A DNA stretch of 64,000 nucleotides from the human T2T-CHM13v2.0 reference genome, Homo sapiens (GCF_009914755.1 NC_060936.1); one strand, 5' to 3'; positions 48,720 through 62,623 are shown, counted from the stretch's first letter. Numbers and translations are program-made. The notes: generated from the sequence alone by a model not told the origin.

Positions 48720-48980
48720 ATTTCAATTAGTATAATGTTCTTCAGTTCATCCATGTGGTCACAGATGTCAGAATTCCTTCTTTTGTAAGGCTGAATAGTT
48801 TTCCATTTCAATTAGTATAATGTTCTTCAGTTTCATCCATGTGGTCACAGATGTCAGAATTCCTTCTTTTGTAAGGCTGAATAGTTTTCCATTTCAATTA
48901 GTATAATGTTCTTCAGTTTCATCCATGTGGTCACAGATGTCAGAATTCCTTCTTTTATAAGGCTGAATAGTTTTCCATTT
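48720..48980. repeat. Tandem triplication with an 85-86 bp unit
   Basis: Units 48720-48804, 48805-48890 and 48891-48976, each starting ATTTCAATTAGTATAATG; only one indel and one substitution among the copies. Confidence 0.97.
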
Positions 48981-50089
48981 TGAATACCGCATTTTCTTTA
49001 TTCATCTATCAATGGACACTTGGGGTGTTTCCAAATCTTGACTAATATGAAAAATGCTGCAATGAACAAGTAAGTGCAAGTATTTCTTTTAGACACTGAT
49101 TGTACTTCCTTTGGATATATATGAATAAGTAGGATGGCTATATTTCCTTTGGACACACACACCCTCCCAAGATTGAACCAAGAAGAAATTGATATCCTGA
49201 ACAGACCAATAATGACCAATAATGATTTCCAAAATTAAACTAGTAATAAGTAGCTTACCAACAAAAAAGAGCCCAGAATCAGATAGATTCATAGCTAAAT
49301 TCTACCAGATGCACAAAGAAGAGCTGGTGCCATTCCTACTGAAACTATTCCAAAAATTAAGGAGAGGGATTTCTCCCCAACTCACTCTATGAGACCACCG
49401 TCGTCCTGATACTAAAACCTGGCAGAGACAATAAAAAAAGGAAACTGCAGGCCAATATCCTTCAGGAACATTGATTCAAAAATCATCAACAAAATACTTT
49501 CAGACTCAATCCAGCAGCACAACAAAAAGCTAATCAACCATGATCCAGTAGGCTTCATCCCCAGGTTGCAAGGTTAGTGCAACTTATGCAAATCAATAAA
49601 TGTGATTCATCACATATACAGAAATAAAGACAAAAACCACATGATCATTTCAATAGATGCAGAAAAGGCTTTTGTTAAAATTCCACATTCTTTCATGTTA
49701 AAAATTCTCAATAAGTTAAGTAGTGAAGGAACATACTTCAAAATAATAAGAGCCACCTATGACAAATGCACAGGCAATATCAGACTGAATGGGTAAAAGC
49801 TGGAAGCATTTCCCTTGAAAACTGGTCCAAGACAAGGATGGCTTCTTTCACCACTCCTATTCAACACAGTATTGGACTCCTTGGCCCAGCAATCAGAAAA
49901 GAGAAAGAAATAAAGGGCATCCACATAGGAGGAAAGGAAGTCAAACTATCCCTGTTTGCAGATGACATGATCCTATATCTGGAAAACACCATAGTATCAG
50001 CCCCAAAGCATTATATGCTAATAAACAACTTTATTAAAGTTTCAGATGCAAAATTAACATACAAAAATCACTAGCATTCCTATACACCA

Positions 50090-50446
50090 TGATATGGTTT
50101 GGCTGTGTTCCCACCCAAAACTTATCTTGAATTGTAGTTCCCATCATCCCCATGTGTCGTGGGAGAGACTGGGTGGGAAGTAATTGAATCATGGGGGAAG
50201 TTACCTCTGTGCTGTTCTCGTGATAGTGAGTTCTCACAAGATCTGATGCTTTCATAAGGCTTTTCCCCATTTTGCTTGGCACTTCTCTTTGCTGCCTTCA
50301 TGTGAAGAAGGACATGTTTGCTTCCCCTTCCTTCATGATTGTAAGTTTCCTGCGGCCAACCCAGCTCTGTGGAACTGTGAGTCGATTAATCCTCTTTCCT
50401 TTCTATATTACCAAGTCTTGGGTATTTCTTCATAGCAACTACTACA
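50090..50446 (+). mobile_element. THE1 (THE1C-like) solo LTR, ERVL-MaLR
   Basis: TGATATGGTTTGGCTGTGT start and ..TACA end; perfect 5-bp TSD CACCA at 50085-50089 and 50447-50451. Confidence 0.93.
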
Positions 50447-51017
50447 CACCACCAACAGCCAAAGAAGAGCTGAATCAGGAACACAATTCCATTCACAATT
50501 GCCACAAAAAGAATAAAATGCTTAGGAACGCAGCTAACCAGGGAGGTGAAATATCTCTACAGTGGGAATTACAAAACACTGCTCAAAAAAATTATGGATG
50601 ACACTAACAAATGGAAAAGCATCAGGTGCTCATGGATAGGAAGAATTAATATCATCAAAATGGCCATACTGCTCAAAGCAAATTATAGATTCAGTGGTAT
50701 TCCTATTAAACTATCTAAAGCATTTTTCACAGAGCTAGAAAAAGCTATTTTAAAATTCATATAAAACCAAAAACAATCCCAAATACCCAAGGCAATCCTA
50801 AGTAAAACAAACAAATAAACACAAAGCTGAAGACATCACGTTATCTGATTCCAAACCATATTACAGGGCTATGGTAACCAAAACATCATAGTACTGCAAC
50901 AAATACAGACACGTAGACCATTAGAACAGAATAGAAAGCCCAGAAATAATACTGCATACCTACAATCACCTGATCTTTGACAAAGCTGACAGAATCAAGC
51001 AATGCGAAGAGGAGTCT

Positions 51018-51341
51018 TGTTTCAGTCCATTTTGACACAGCTATAAAGACATACCAGGGATTGGGTAATTTATAAAGAAAAGGAGTTTAACTGACACACA
51101 GTTTTGCAGGGCTGTGGAAGGGCATATCTTACATGGAGGCAGGAAAGAGAGTGGTGATGGAAGTGGGGAGAGCCCCTTATAAAACCATCAGATCTCGTGA
51201 GAACTCACTCACTATCCTGAGAACACCATGGGGAAAACTGCTCCCATGATCCAATCTCTTCCCACCAGATCTCTCCCTTGACACTTGAGGATTACAATTT
51301 TAGATGCGAATTGGGTGGAGACACAAAGACAAACCATAGCA
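51018..51341 (-). mobile_element. THE1D/MSTA-like solo LTR
   Basis: TGTTTCAGTCCATT...CTTATAAAACCATCAGATCTCGTGAGAACTCACTCACTATC...CAAACCATAGCA; degenerate TSD AGTCT/ACTCC. Confidence 0.88.
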
Positions 51342-52588
51342 ACTCCTTAGTCAATAAATAGTGCTGGGATAACTAGCTAGCCATATGCAGATGATTGAAA
51401 CTGAACACCTTCTTTAGACCATATACAAAAATCAACTCAAGTTAAATTACAGACTTAAATGTAAAACCTAAAACAATAAAGACTCTGGAAGGCAACCAAG
51501 GCAATATCATTCTGGACATAGAAACAGGCAAAGATTTTGTGATGAAAATGACAAAAGCAATTGCAACAAAAGCAAAAAATGACGATGGGATATAATTAAA
51601 GTTAAGAGCTTCTGCACAGCAAAAGAAATTATCGACAGAATAAACAGACAACCTAGAGAATGGGGGAAAATATTTGCAAACTATGCATCTGACAAAGGTC
51701 TCATATTTATCTTCTATAAGGAACTTAAACAAATTTACAAGAGAAAAACAACCCTATTAAAAAGTGGGTAAATGATGAATAGGTAATTTTCAGAAGACAT
51801 ACATGTGGGCAACAAACAGATGAAGAAAACCTCAATATCACTGATTATTGGGGTAATATAAATCAAACTCACAATGAGATATCATCTCACGCCAGTCAGA
51901 ATGGCTATTATTGAAAAGTCAAAGTAGATGCTAGCAAGGTTGCGGGGTAAAAAAAAATGCTTATACACTATTGGTTGTAGTATAAATTAGTTCAACCATT
52001 GTGGAAAGCAGTATGGTCATTCCTCAAAGAGCTAAAAACAGAACTACCATTTGATCCAGCAATCCCATTATGGGCTATATACCCAGAGGAATATAAATCA
52101 TTCTACCATAAAGGTACAGGCACATAAGTGTTCATTGTTGCACTGTTCACATTAGCAATGACATGGAATCAACCTAAATGTTCATCAATGACAGATTGAA
52201 TAAAGAAATTGTAGTACATATATATGAATGGAACACTACACAGCCATAAAAAAGAACAAGATCCTATCTTTTGCAGAAACTTGGTTGAAGCTAGAGGACA
52301 TTATACTTAGCAAATTAACACAGGAACAGAAAACTACTGCATATTCTTAATTATAAGTGGGAGCTAAATGATGAGAACTCATGGCCACAAAGCAGGCAAC
52401 AACAGATACTGGGGCCTACTTGAGGGCAGAAGGTGGAAAGAGGAAGAAAATCAGAAAAACAAAATAACTATAGGGTACTAGACTTAGTATCTAGGTGATG
52501 AAAAAATCTACAGTAAACCCCTGTGACGTGGGTTTACATATATAGCAAATCTGTGCATGTACCCCTGAACCTAAAAGTTTTTAAATAA

Positions 52589-53577
52589 TGGACAAAAGAT
52601 TTAATTAGACATTTCTCAAAAGACTACATACAAATACCTAACAGGTATATGAAAAGGTGTTGAACATTATTGATCAACAGTAAAGTGCAAATCAAAACTA
52701 TAATGAGATATCAACTTACTCCAGTTAATATAGCTTCTATCCAAAATACAGGCAATAACAAATGCTAGCAAGGATGTGGAGAAAAGGAAATCCTTATACA
52801 CCATTGGTGAGGATGTAAATTAGTACAATCACTATGGAGAAAAGTTTGGTGGTTCCTGAAAAAAATAAAATTAGAGCTACCATATGATCCAGCAATCCTA
52901 TTGCTGGGTATATACACAAAAGAAAGGAAATCAGTATATCAAAGAGATACCTGCACTCCTATGTTTGTTGCAGCACTACTGTTCACAACAGTGATGATTT
53001 GAAAGCAGCCTAAGTGTTTATCAACAGAATAAAGAAAATATGGTACATATACACAATGAAGCACTATTCAGCCATAAAAAAGGATGAAATCCTGTCATTT
53101 GCAACACATGGATGGAACTGGAGATTATTATGTTAAGTGAAATAAGCCAGGCACAGAAAGACAGACATCACGTGTTCTCACTTATTTATGGGATCTAAAA
53201 ATCAAAGCCGTTGAACTCATTGACAGTGTAGAAGAATGGTTACCAGAGCCTAATGTAAAGGATAGTTACCAGGGGCTACAAGGAGGTGGGTGTGGTTAAT
53301 GGGTACAAAAAATTAGCTGGAAATAATGAATAAGACCCATTATTTAATAGCACACAGGGTGACTATAATTAATAATGGCTTAATTGTACATTTTAAAGTA
53401 AGTAAAGGGTGTAGTTGGATTGTTTGTAACACAAAGGATAAATGTTTGAGAGAATGGATACGCTGTTCTCCATGATGTGATTCTTCTACATTGAATGCCT
53501 GTATCAAAGCCTCTCATGTACCTGATAAATATATACACTTACTATGTACTCACAAAAAATAAAAATTACAAAAAAAT
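52589..53577 (+). mobile_element. L1MA (approx. MA2/3) 3' ~1 kb
   Basis: ORF2 C-terminus and 3' UTR with TAGCACACAGGGTGACTATA and an A-rich end. Confidence 0.88.
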
Positions 53578-54217
53578 GATCTGAAGCATTTCTTCAAGGA
53601 ATGAACAGGAGATGAAACATGACTTTACCACTACAATCCTGAAGAAAAAGCATAATCAAAGTAATGGCAAGCCGGACACACATGTGGTCCAATTAAATAA
53701 AAACAAACAGGTCATGAGCAAAGGTCATGGCAAAAGTTTTACTGGATATTCAAGGCATTTTGCTTGTTGGCTTTCTAGGGGGTCAAAGGCAATAACATGA
53801 GCTTACTATGAAAGTGTTTTGAGAAAATCAGCCAAAGCCTTAGAAGAAAAGCACTCAGGAAACCTTTACCAGAGAGTCCTGCTCAATTCTGTCATCAAAC
53901 GAGGGCAATTTTGCCAGAGTTTTGATGGGAAATCATTATATATTTAAATTACAATCCTGATTTGACTTGCTCTGGCTCTTTTTGTTTTCTCTTCTGAAAA
54001 AAAAAAAAACATTTTTCTTCACTTAATAATGTAAAAAAGAGCACATTGACATGGTTAAACTTCCAGGATCCTCAGTTCTTTAGGGGTGGACTAAATGGCT
54101 GATATCGTTGCCTATAAAAATGTCTTGAATTCAATGGAACTCATGTAGATAAATAGTTTGTATTTGAATTTTTATCTTTTAATTCCATTTTCCACAAACT
54201 TTTTCCAAGTTCTCTTG
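53578..54217 (+). mobile_element. HSMAR2 mariner transposon, 3' half (dead transposase)
   Basis: ACAGGAGATGAAACATGA is TGDETW with W changed to stop; ..KVMA..; YYESVLRK.AKALEEK; degenerate YSPDL; right TIR-like ATTCCATTTTCCACAAACTTTTT..TCTCTTG followed by TA. Confidence 0.88.
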
Positions 54218-54428
54218 TAAAAACAGAGAAAATCCATTATTATTCCTCCTGTCTCTGCAAGGCAAAACTTCCTGTTTACAAAAATTTCCCATTTACCTTC
54301 TCCTGTCACTCGTGGGGATCTAGGAGTGGAGATCAATGCTGCCATGCTACTCTTGTTACTCTTGCTGTTGATCTGAATTTATCAGAAAAAAAGAAAGAAT
54401 CAAGGTGACTCATATTTCTGTAGTATTC

Positions 54429-54474
<46 letters not shown>
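54429..54474. repeat. (TA)n(GA)n microsatellite
   Basis: Directly visible. Confidence 0.95.
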
Positions 54475-54480
<6 letters not shown>

Positions 54481-56249
54481 ACAGCAAGTCTGGGTGACAT
54501 CATAGCATCTTCACAGTTCTTGACAAAATACTCCTGTACTTCTAACAAAAAGCTTTGTATCATAAAGACTTGTCTCTCTTACAACTAAATAAGCTCATTC
54601 CTCTCCACAAAAAGGTCAGTTTGAAATATTATTAGTTACCATATTCAGGTTTGAGTTCATGAAATCTGGGTCAAATCATTGCCTCATCTGGAACTCTTAC
54701 AATTACATTAAAGATTAACAGTTTATAAACTAAATGTTAAAGTTATGTGTAGTCAAGTCACCCTTGACTAAATAAATGTTATGTGTAGTCAAGTCACCCT
54801 CTATTAAATGGGTGTAGAGGAGAAAGTTTAAACCAAATGGAGAAGATATATTAATTATAAAATCATATGATTCTAGCACAGCAAGGAATAAAAAATGACA
54901 AGATAAATATGTTGAACATTTCTTGTTTCTAAGGCTCTTTCTATGGCATTCACAGGTATTTGAAACTTTCTTTTTCTACTACTTTTTAAAGAATTATCTT
55001 CAGCCAATATATCAGTGATATCATTACTTTACATATGAAGAGAATAAATGAAACTTTATTCTTAAGAGGTAGATTTCTCTTGTTTTTTTTTCCTTACTTT
55101 ATGAAATGATAATAGTTTTCCATTCACTTTGGTTATTGGATATGGCAACATTATCAGGCAGTAACTTGGGAGATCCTGTGGTTTTCATTTCTGTAACTCC
55201 TTGCCCCACTTGGTAAAAGAAAAATTATTTCTCTGTAGTAATCTGGAAGAAAATTTCTGGCTCAGAATGTGATCTTTTTTTGAGAAGTAATATATTGAGC
55301 CTGTGCATAAATTCCATTTGAGTGATGGTTGACAATTATTATTCATTAGTACATGAAGCAACACTCAGAGAATAGAAATGAATTGATAGTAACAGCGAGT
55401 AACACCCAATTATTGAGAGCCTCCTCAAAGTGGAGGCACTTTTGTGTATACTCACATGAGGCACAATACTATCACATTCTGGACCGATTCTAAGAGGTCC
55501 ATCAATTTATCCTTGAACAATATTTTTATTAGTCAAATATACTGTTGACTGCAAGTACCTAAGATTATCCAACAATTTAATTTACTGGTATAGAAGTCAA
55601 GGGACAAGACAGCTTGAATTACAGTTTGGGATTACCTTAAAGATAATTTTTTAGTTTTAGTTCAAAACTCAAAATCTTTTGGATCAATGGAGTGCAACAT
55701 CCAATTGAGACATATGTTACCTTCAAAATTTAAGGAACCCAAACAAGTCTTGTGATTTTTTAATACCATGGGGATAGATGACATAGAAACTTGCATTTTA
55801 CTATGAAGAGTATGCATCTTCATTTCCAACTATATTTAATCTTCAGGGCTTGAATTCTTTTACTGGTTCCTGTATTTTTGTGAAATTACTTTCGTACTGA
55901 CAGGCAGATATTTGTATTCTCAAGTCAGCTTGGTGTTATTGCTATTACTTTCTTTACATATATTTTCAGTACAATGTCCTTTAACAAACTTAGAAAATCT
56001 AAGACAATAGGAAACAAATTGTGACACAGAACAAGACAGATGTTACCATATGTCAAGATGTTTCAAATGTACTCTTCCCCTGAAAAGTCCTAACAATCAG
56101 ATATCCCTTATTAATTGGAAAGGGAAGAAAGGAAGAATTTTCCACATCTGTAATTGTATACTAGGTGCACTAAGCTGGCTGACTCAGTACAGTCAGCTTT
56201 AGTACAGAGAAAATATATGGAAAGGTAATTGCAATTGAAGTAACAATAG

Positions 56250-56450
56250 AATAAGTTTTTTATTATATAAATTTGAAGTGTACAACATGTTTGGATGTGT
56301 ATATATATAGTAAAGTTATTACTATAGTCAAGCAAATTAACATATTCATCATCTCACATACTTACATTTCTTTGTGTGCTTGTATGGTAAAAGTATCCAA
56401 AATCTGCCTTTTACCAAAGTCCCATTATGCAATGCAATATTATTAAATAA
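56250..56450 (-). mobile_element. L1MA 3'-end fragment
   Basis: ACTATAGTCAAGCAAATTAACATATTCATCATCTCACATA. Confidence 0.7.
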
Positions 56451-56655
56451 AATCAACCCTCCATATCCAGGAATTTTGTATCCATGAGTTCCACATCCCT
56501 GGATTCTGCCAACCATGGATCAAAAGTATTCTAACCAAAGGATAGTGCATCTGTACCGAACATATACATACTTAAGTTTCTTGACATTATCCCTAAACAA
56601 TGCAGTATAACAACTATTTATGTAGCATTGACATTGTATCAGGTATTGTAAGTAT
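56451..56655 (+). mobile_element. MER2 (Tigger-derived MITE), partial; strand uncertain
   Basis: GTATCCATGAGTTCCACATCCCTGGATTC..CAACCATGGATCAAAA...CCCTAAACAATGCAGTATAACAACTATTTA. Confidence 0.8.
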
Positions 56656-56819
56656 ATATCCCACATCAAAAATTTCACTTCCAGCATATATTCGAAGTAA
56701 ATAAAATCAGCATTTCAAAGAGTTATCTGTATTCTCATGTTCTTTGCAACATTATTTACACTAGATATGGAAAGATATGGAAAACAATCCAAGGTAATGG
56801 AAACAACCCAAATCCTACC

Positions 56820-57170
56820 TAAAGAAACAAAGCCAGGTAATTAAGTTTCTCATTAACAGTGATAAAGCATGTTGATAGTATATGCTCTTGTTATATAATT
56901 AAACTGGCAATTTATCTCTATGGTCTTCCTTCCAAAAATCCAGAGCCTCAGCTGAACAATGAGCAAAAACAATGAGAAAATTCAATTAAGAGGAATTCTA
57001 CAAAATATCTGACTAGCCCTCTTCAAACTGTTAGTCCTCAAAAACAAGATAAGTCTGAGAAAATATCACAGACAATAAGAGTCTAAGGATATCTGATAGC
57101 TAAATGTCATCTAGAATCCTAGGTGGACCCCCAGAACAGAAAAAGAACATTAGATAAATCTTAAGCAATA
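56820..57170 (+). mobile_element. L1MC/MD 3' UTR fragment
   Basis: ACAGTGATAAAGCATGTTGATAGTA...ATTCTACAAAATATCTGACTAG...AAAAACAAGATAAGTCTGAGAAA. Confidence 0.7.
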
Positions 57171-57419
57171 TTAATTACATAAAAGATCCCTCACTTGATC
57201 TAACATACCTTATAAGATTCTTAGGGCATTCAGTTTCATCTCTGGACTGCTCAGGAAGGATGGCTCTTCAGAGTATGAGATTCCTATTTCTAGGAATATT
57301 GGCCCAATATTATATTAAAAACAACCCTTAATAAAAGCGTCATCCACTAATCCTACCAGAACTTTCTCTAGGATAATAGAAGAAAAAGATTGCTTTAAAT
57401 AGTAGAAAATCAAAAATTA

Positions 57420-57830
57420 CATATTTAGTGTATTTTGGTTGCAAAGAACTGAAATGTAAAATAAACCGATTTTGGTAAAAAATAAATTAATCAATACAAG
57501 TAACTGAAAATTGCCAGTTGAGATTGGCTTTATCTTATGGTTTGGGCTACAGGTTCATGACGTTAGGGCTCAAGCTTCATATAACTGTCGTTGCTTCTAA
57601 TATGTCTTCTGCTATTCAGGCTGTCTTCTCAAATGGTAGCAAATATGTCTTTAGACATTTGTGACAGAACATCTGAGATCCATGCACCAGCACTTCCCAT
57701 AAAATTCTTCAAGTTCACCCTAATTGGAGGACTTTATTTGCATAGTCACCCTGGAGTTATTACTGTGACAATAAGGATGTGATAATCTGCTTAACTTTAC
57801 ACCATTCAGTACACAACCCTAGAGATAAGT
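57420..57830 (-). mobile_element. Probable old MLT1 (MaLR) LTR
   Basis: TTGGTTGCAAAGAACTGAAA...GTAACTGAAAA...GTCACCCTGGAG..ATTACTGTGAC resembles MLT1J/K/L. Confidence 0.4.
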
Positions 57831-58784
57831 TGACGACAATCCCAAACAAATATAAAAGAGAGTAAGAATTGGGTTAATTGTGCCCAAATGTAATGTTAGA
57901 GAAGTAGAATGAATACTAGAAAGTGAAAAACAAATGTATATAAAAACATTATCATTAAAACATACTCGGAGGGATGTATATAAATTCATGCATTCATGAT
58001 CAATGCATAACATAGCTTTTAAAATCATCCAAACAGATTAGAGAAAATTCATCACATAAATAGGGGATTTTGCAGACGGTGCTTCTCAGTCCTTTTCATC
58101 TGATGGCACATGCAGAAAATATGAATGTGTACACAGAAAAATGAGATAATCAGACAAGGCTGTTCTCTGTAAGAGAGACCTGGCATAGAGCCACTGGCTA
58201 TTCCTGGTCACCTACAGTGTCAAAATTAGGAGGAATCAACATTACAGGCATCTCTGGAAACCAGTCACAGTCCAACTGATGTATCATGTCAGAAGACACT
58301 GACCAGAAAGCTCTTGACTAGATCTTTTCCAAGGTTCTTGTAAATTTTAAAATATTAAAATTTTTGACTATTGACATCAACAGTAAAAACATCCAGGTTG
58401 ATCTGGTAGCATAACGGGAAAAATACAGGATCTTTCCTCATGTTTGTAAAGTCAAGAACAGACCATGAAGAAGAATTATATCCTTTTCCAAAATAAGTCC
58501 TTTAAGGACAACAGAAGAAATGGTGTAAGAAATATGATAAATATTTGATTAAATTTGTCATTGCATCCATTTTTTCTTAATCTTGTATTCCATCGAATCC
58601 TAAGAAAGATTCTACTGAATCCTAATTCCAGTTTTATAACCCATTAAAAAATGAGCTGTGGTCCTTAGGGTAAGAAAAGAAATAATCTAGAATTCATGAA
58701 ATATAGTCACAGAAGGAAACCTAACCTGCATTTGTAAAGCTTAAAGCACCCAGAAGTTTCTCAAAAACTTAAAAATATTTCTGG

Positions 58785-59163
<379 letters not shown>

Positions 59164-59999
59164 TTAATTTCTACTTTCCTCCAAAAGCAGAGTTTGTCAT
59201 GCATCATTTAGAGGTAAAGGCTCTCTATTGTTCATATTGCTATATATGTTATACTTCTGCTGACTGAAACATTATTGACAATGATTATGATGTCATGTGT
59301 CAAGTATCAAAAAGTGGAGCATTAAAAAAAATCACCTATAACAAGGCAAGAAATAGGCCCAGTTGTGAGGGGTATTTTGAAAATTTGTTTTAGAGTCCCT
59401 TAATAGGTCTCAACATGTCTTGAAATGACTTCCTTGTACATATAAAAATACATTATAATGATACAGTGACGATCTGATGGGTGAAATTGAACTGACTAAA
59501 TCTCATCTCAAAACAACTATTTTTTTTTTCTGGACAAAACGGAATTTCTGATTTTGGGATTTAATCTATAAGAACTTTCCTACCATTGAACTGAAGAATG
59601 GGGCAAGGAATAATTGCAGCACAGTACATTTTTTGATTGTTGAGTATACATAAGCGTTTTAGAGGAAAACAAATCAGAAGAGATAAAAATATGGCAGCTT
59701 AGATTTTGTGTACTTGTGTTCTTGCGTGCGCTTGCATTCTTGTATAATTGAAGCACCCTTGTTTATTGCAATAATTTAGCAGAGCAAAAATGTGGACTAT
59801 ACAAGCAATATATTGCATATTAATGTCTCTGATTTACCCTTCGTGCTCTTTAAATTAATTTATTCAGTAAGGAAAGATACTATCAGTCAACAAAACTCAT
59901 ACAGACAAGATACTTTTTAAACATTAGGAGGATATTAAACAGTGCCTAACTCTACCTCTGCCTCTGCTGGCTAGGTCTAGAAAGGTGAATACAGGGCTG

Positions 60000-60380
60000 A
60001 TATGGGAGTGCAGAGCACAAGCTCATGGATCAAACTGTCTCATTTGAATTCCGGCTTTACCACTTGCCAGCCATTTGACATTGGGTAAAATACATCATCA
60101 TCTCTCTATGCTTCAGTTTCTTATCCCTGAAGTGGGGATAATACTAGTACTTACCATCAGTGGATATCTGACCAGTAAGCCAATGACTTCTCACCAGTCC
60201 TTTATGGTTACTTCTTGTTCTAGATGGTCTGTGCATCATTCAGCTGCATTACCTGATATTCTAGCAGTTGGAAAAATTTTGAATGTCGCCTAGATCTTTA
60301 TCATAGATTTTTTGTGCTTAACAAATGAGTTAATTTGTATAAAACAATTGATTAAGTTTCTGGAACTTAATGATTTTTCA
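60000..60380 (+). mobile_element. MIR interrupted by a ~140 bp insertion (possible hAT MITE)
   Basis: MIR core CTCTATGCTTCAGTTTCTTATCCCTGAAGTGGGGATAATACTAGTAC to ~60155; resumes ~60300 with TCATAGA..AAATGAGTTAAT. Confidence 0.6.
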
Positions 60381-62278
60381 AACATATATAACAATCTATT
60401 ACAAATCTCAAGAAATTTAGTTTCTTCTTGGATATTAACAGTTTACAGAAAAAAAAATCCTTGAATCCTATGCCATCCTTATGCTTGAGCCACAACAATT
60501 TAGTGGAAAATTTTGTATAGAGTCTACTGTTTATTTGAGAAATGGCTTGGCTTAAAGAAGTGGTAGTAATCATTATGGGAAAGAAAAAAGCTCTCAGCTT
60601 GAATATCTTGAAGGTGGCAGCTAAATGTGTATTTAGCTAAGAGTTTCTCCATTCTTTCATATCCCTATAACCTTAGTGGTAAGAAAATAACTATATATAA
60701 ATAAGCCTTAACTATGTAGGGAGACATTGACTTCTGATAATTCAATGCATTTTGACTTATTGACTATGATTTGTCAAATAAGGTGCATTAATTTATAATA
60801 TACCAGGAATAATTCCTTTTTAAAATTGTATTTTTATATGGCACTTACAGATCTAGGCCTCAATTACCCGAACATGTCCCTTTTGAGAAGAACCTAACTT
60901 CCTAATTTTTCCTCATAAATAAAGCATAACTATGTTATGTTAATTCTGATCTATTTTCTTGAAGAAGTTTGCCTTGGTTTTCCAATTCAAAATGAACCAA
61001 TAGAGTATATTACATTGAAAAAAATGTGTATATTACAGATCACTAGATAAATGGCATGTCTCATTCTATGTTTATAATACACTAAAAATAAATGAGAAAT
61101 GTTATAATTGTTTTTGTTATTGAGAATGTCATGACAAACTTAGCTCTGAGTTCCCTTTTGTTGGATTAAGCTATGTCCTGAGGGGTTCGGCTCTCCCACA
61201 CTTCACTAAATAATCTTATTCTTTCCCCTTAGAGAGCAAAGATTAATCATTCAGAAACTTAATGAGCTGGAAAAACAAATACCAGTAGAATAAAGGTGCC
61301 TGAACACTTTAAATAAAATAAATTAGTTTTCATTTGAAAAGTAAATTAGTTGATTTACAAATCCCTTTTGTCTTTTTTCTTTTCCATTTGTAGTTCTCTG
61401 TGTTTTTACCATCTTCATCAAACCCTGTATCCATCCAAAGGTGAAGTCCAGTTTAACAGTTTTTGACTTTTCTTCATTTTTCATTTTAAACATATCTTCT
61501 CACCAGCAAATATTTTTACTTTTTATGTTTACCTTTCCCTAGGTTGCATTTCTTTCTAAATATTTACTGACGACTTAACTACTAAACTACTATAATTAAA
61601 TTTTGAAAAGTTATAGAGATATTAAGATGGGTATATAGAAATCAAAGTTAAAGGGGTGTTTATATAATAACCTACTGGGAAAATATAAATTTTCTCCTAT
61701 TAAAAGAGTAAATAATTTTAGTTTTGACATATTGTAAAATGTTATTGCTCTGCTTATTAATATGATATATTTTTAAAAATTTGTCTTAATCTTAAAATGT
61801 TTTAAAGTATATTATCTTATTTAATTATTATGAAATTTTATATAGAAATGTATTTTTAAGAAGCCTTCAATAATGTTATCCTAATTTACAAAGAAGACTA
61901 CTATACTCCATCTAGAATTTGTATATCCTTTCTCTAATCAATGCTTGAAATTTTGAACATTTAATTTATAATTATGTAACATTAATATAAATTATTATAA
62001 GGTAAGACACTTATAGAGAGAAGCGTAAAAACAATCTGTACACATACATAACGGTGTATTCTTATTTATTCAAAAGTATGGTTTTATTTTTTTAGAATGT
62101 GCTGCATCATACCACCATTTTCTTACTTTTTCTACCTAGTATCAATATATCTTTTAAATTATTGCTTAAATATGACTTCTCCACAAATCTTCTCTGATTT
62201 CTTAAATCTAAAGTATCAGTTAAAGAATTGTGATTCCATAATACTTTTACCAACCCCATCATTGATGTCATTGTTATA

Positions 62279-62623
62279 ATTTTATTTTCTGAAATGATCT
62301 GTCTTTATTCTGCTATCAGAAAACAAAAAAAAATCCCCGAGTGTAAACAGGAGAAATGTGCTACTAAGTTACTCATCATTATCTTACTATTAACAAAATA
62401 AATCACTATCTATGTTTACAGTCATAGAAAAAAAAAAGAAACAGCCTGGAGAGAAGTTGGGACTTTGAGAATGGGGAGGAGAGAAGACGTGGTGGTGGGG
62501 GCGGGGGCAGACACAGACTCCACATCTTGCCCTGTGGGATTTGGGGTTCCCATACTGATCGGAGGGCTGTTTAGATCTTTAGAGTCAGGTGCCGATGGGA
62601 TTTGATTTCCTTAGGGAACTAAC
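62279..62623 (-). pseudogene. 5'-truncated processed retrocopy of a cellular mRNA 3' UTR
   Basis: 17-bp TSD TTGATGTCATT(G/A)TTATA at 62262-62278 and 62624-62640; AATAAA on the minus strand at 62304-62309, ~15 nt upstream of a decayed A tail (62279-62288); body is GC-richer than the flanks and not a TE I recognise. Confidence 0.85.

Larger units (their letters stand above)
49143..52588 (+). mobile_element. 5'-truncated L1PA (approx. PA15/16), interrupted by two MaLR LTRs
   Basis: ORF2 RT fragments (49602-50074, [12 protein letters not shown]); 3' UTR ending GCATGTACCCCTGAACCTAAAAG. Confidence 0.9.

Noticed and set aside
48720-48980. CRISPR-like array
   Set aside because: The units are head-to-tail with no unique spacers, derive from L1, sit in a eukaryotic context, and there are no cas genes.
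58070-58330. Possible hAT-type MITE
   Set aside because: Only a weak terminal resemblance; I could not identify paired TIRs or an 8-bp TSD.
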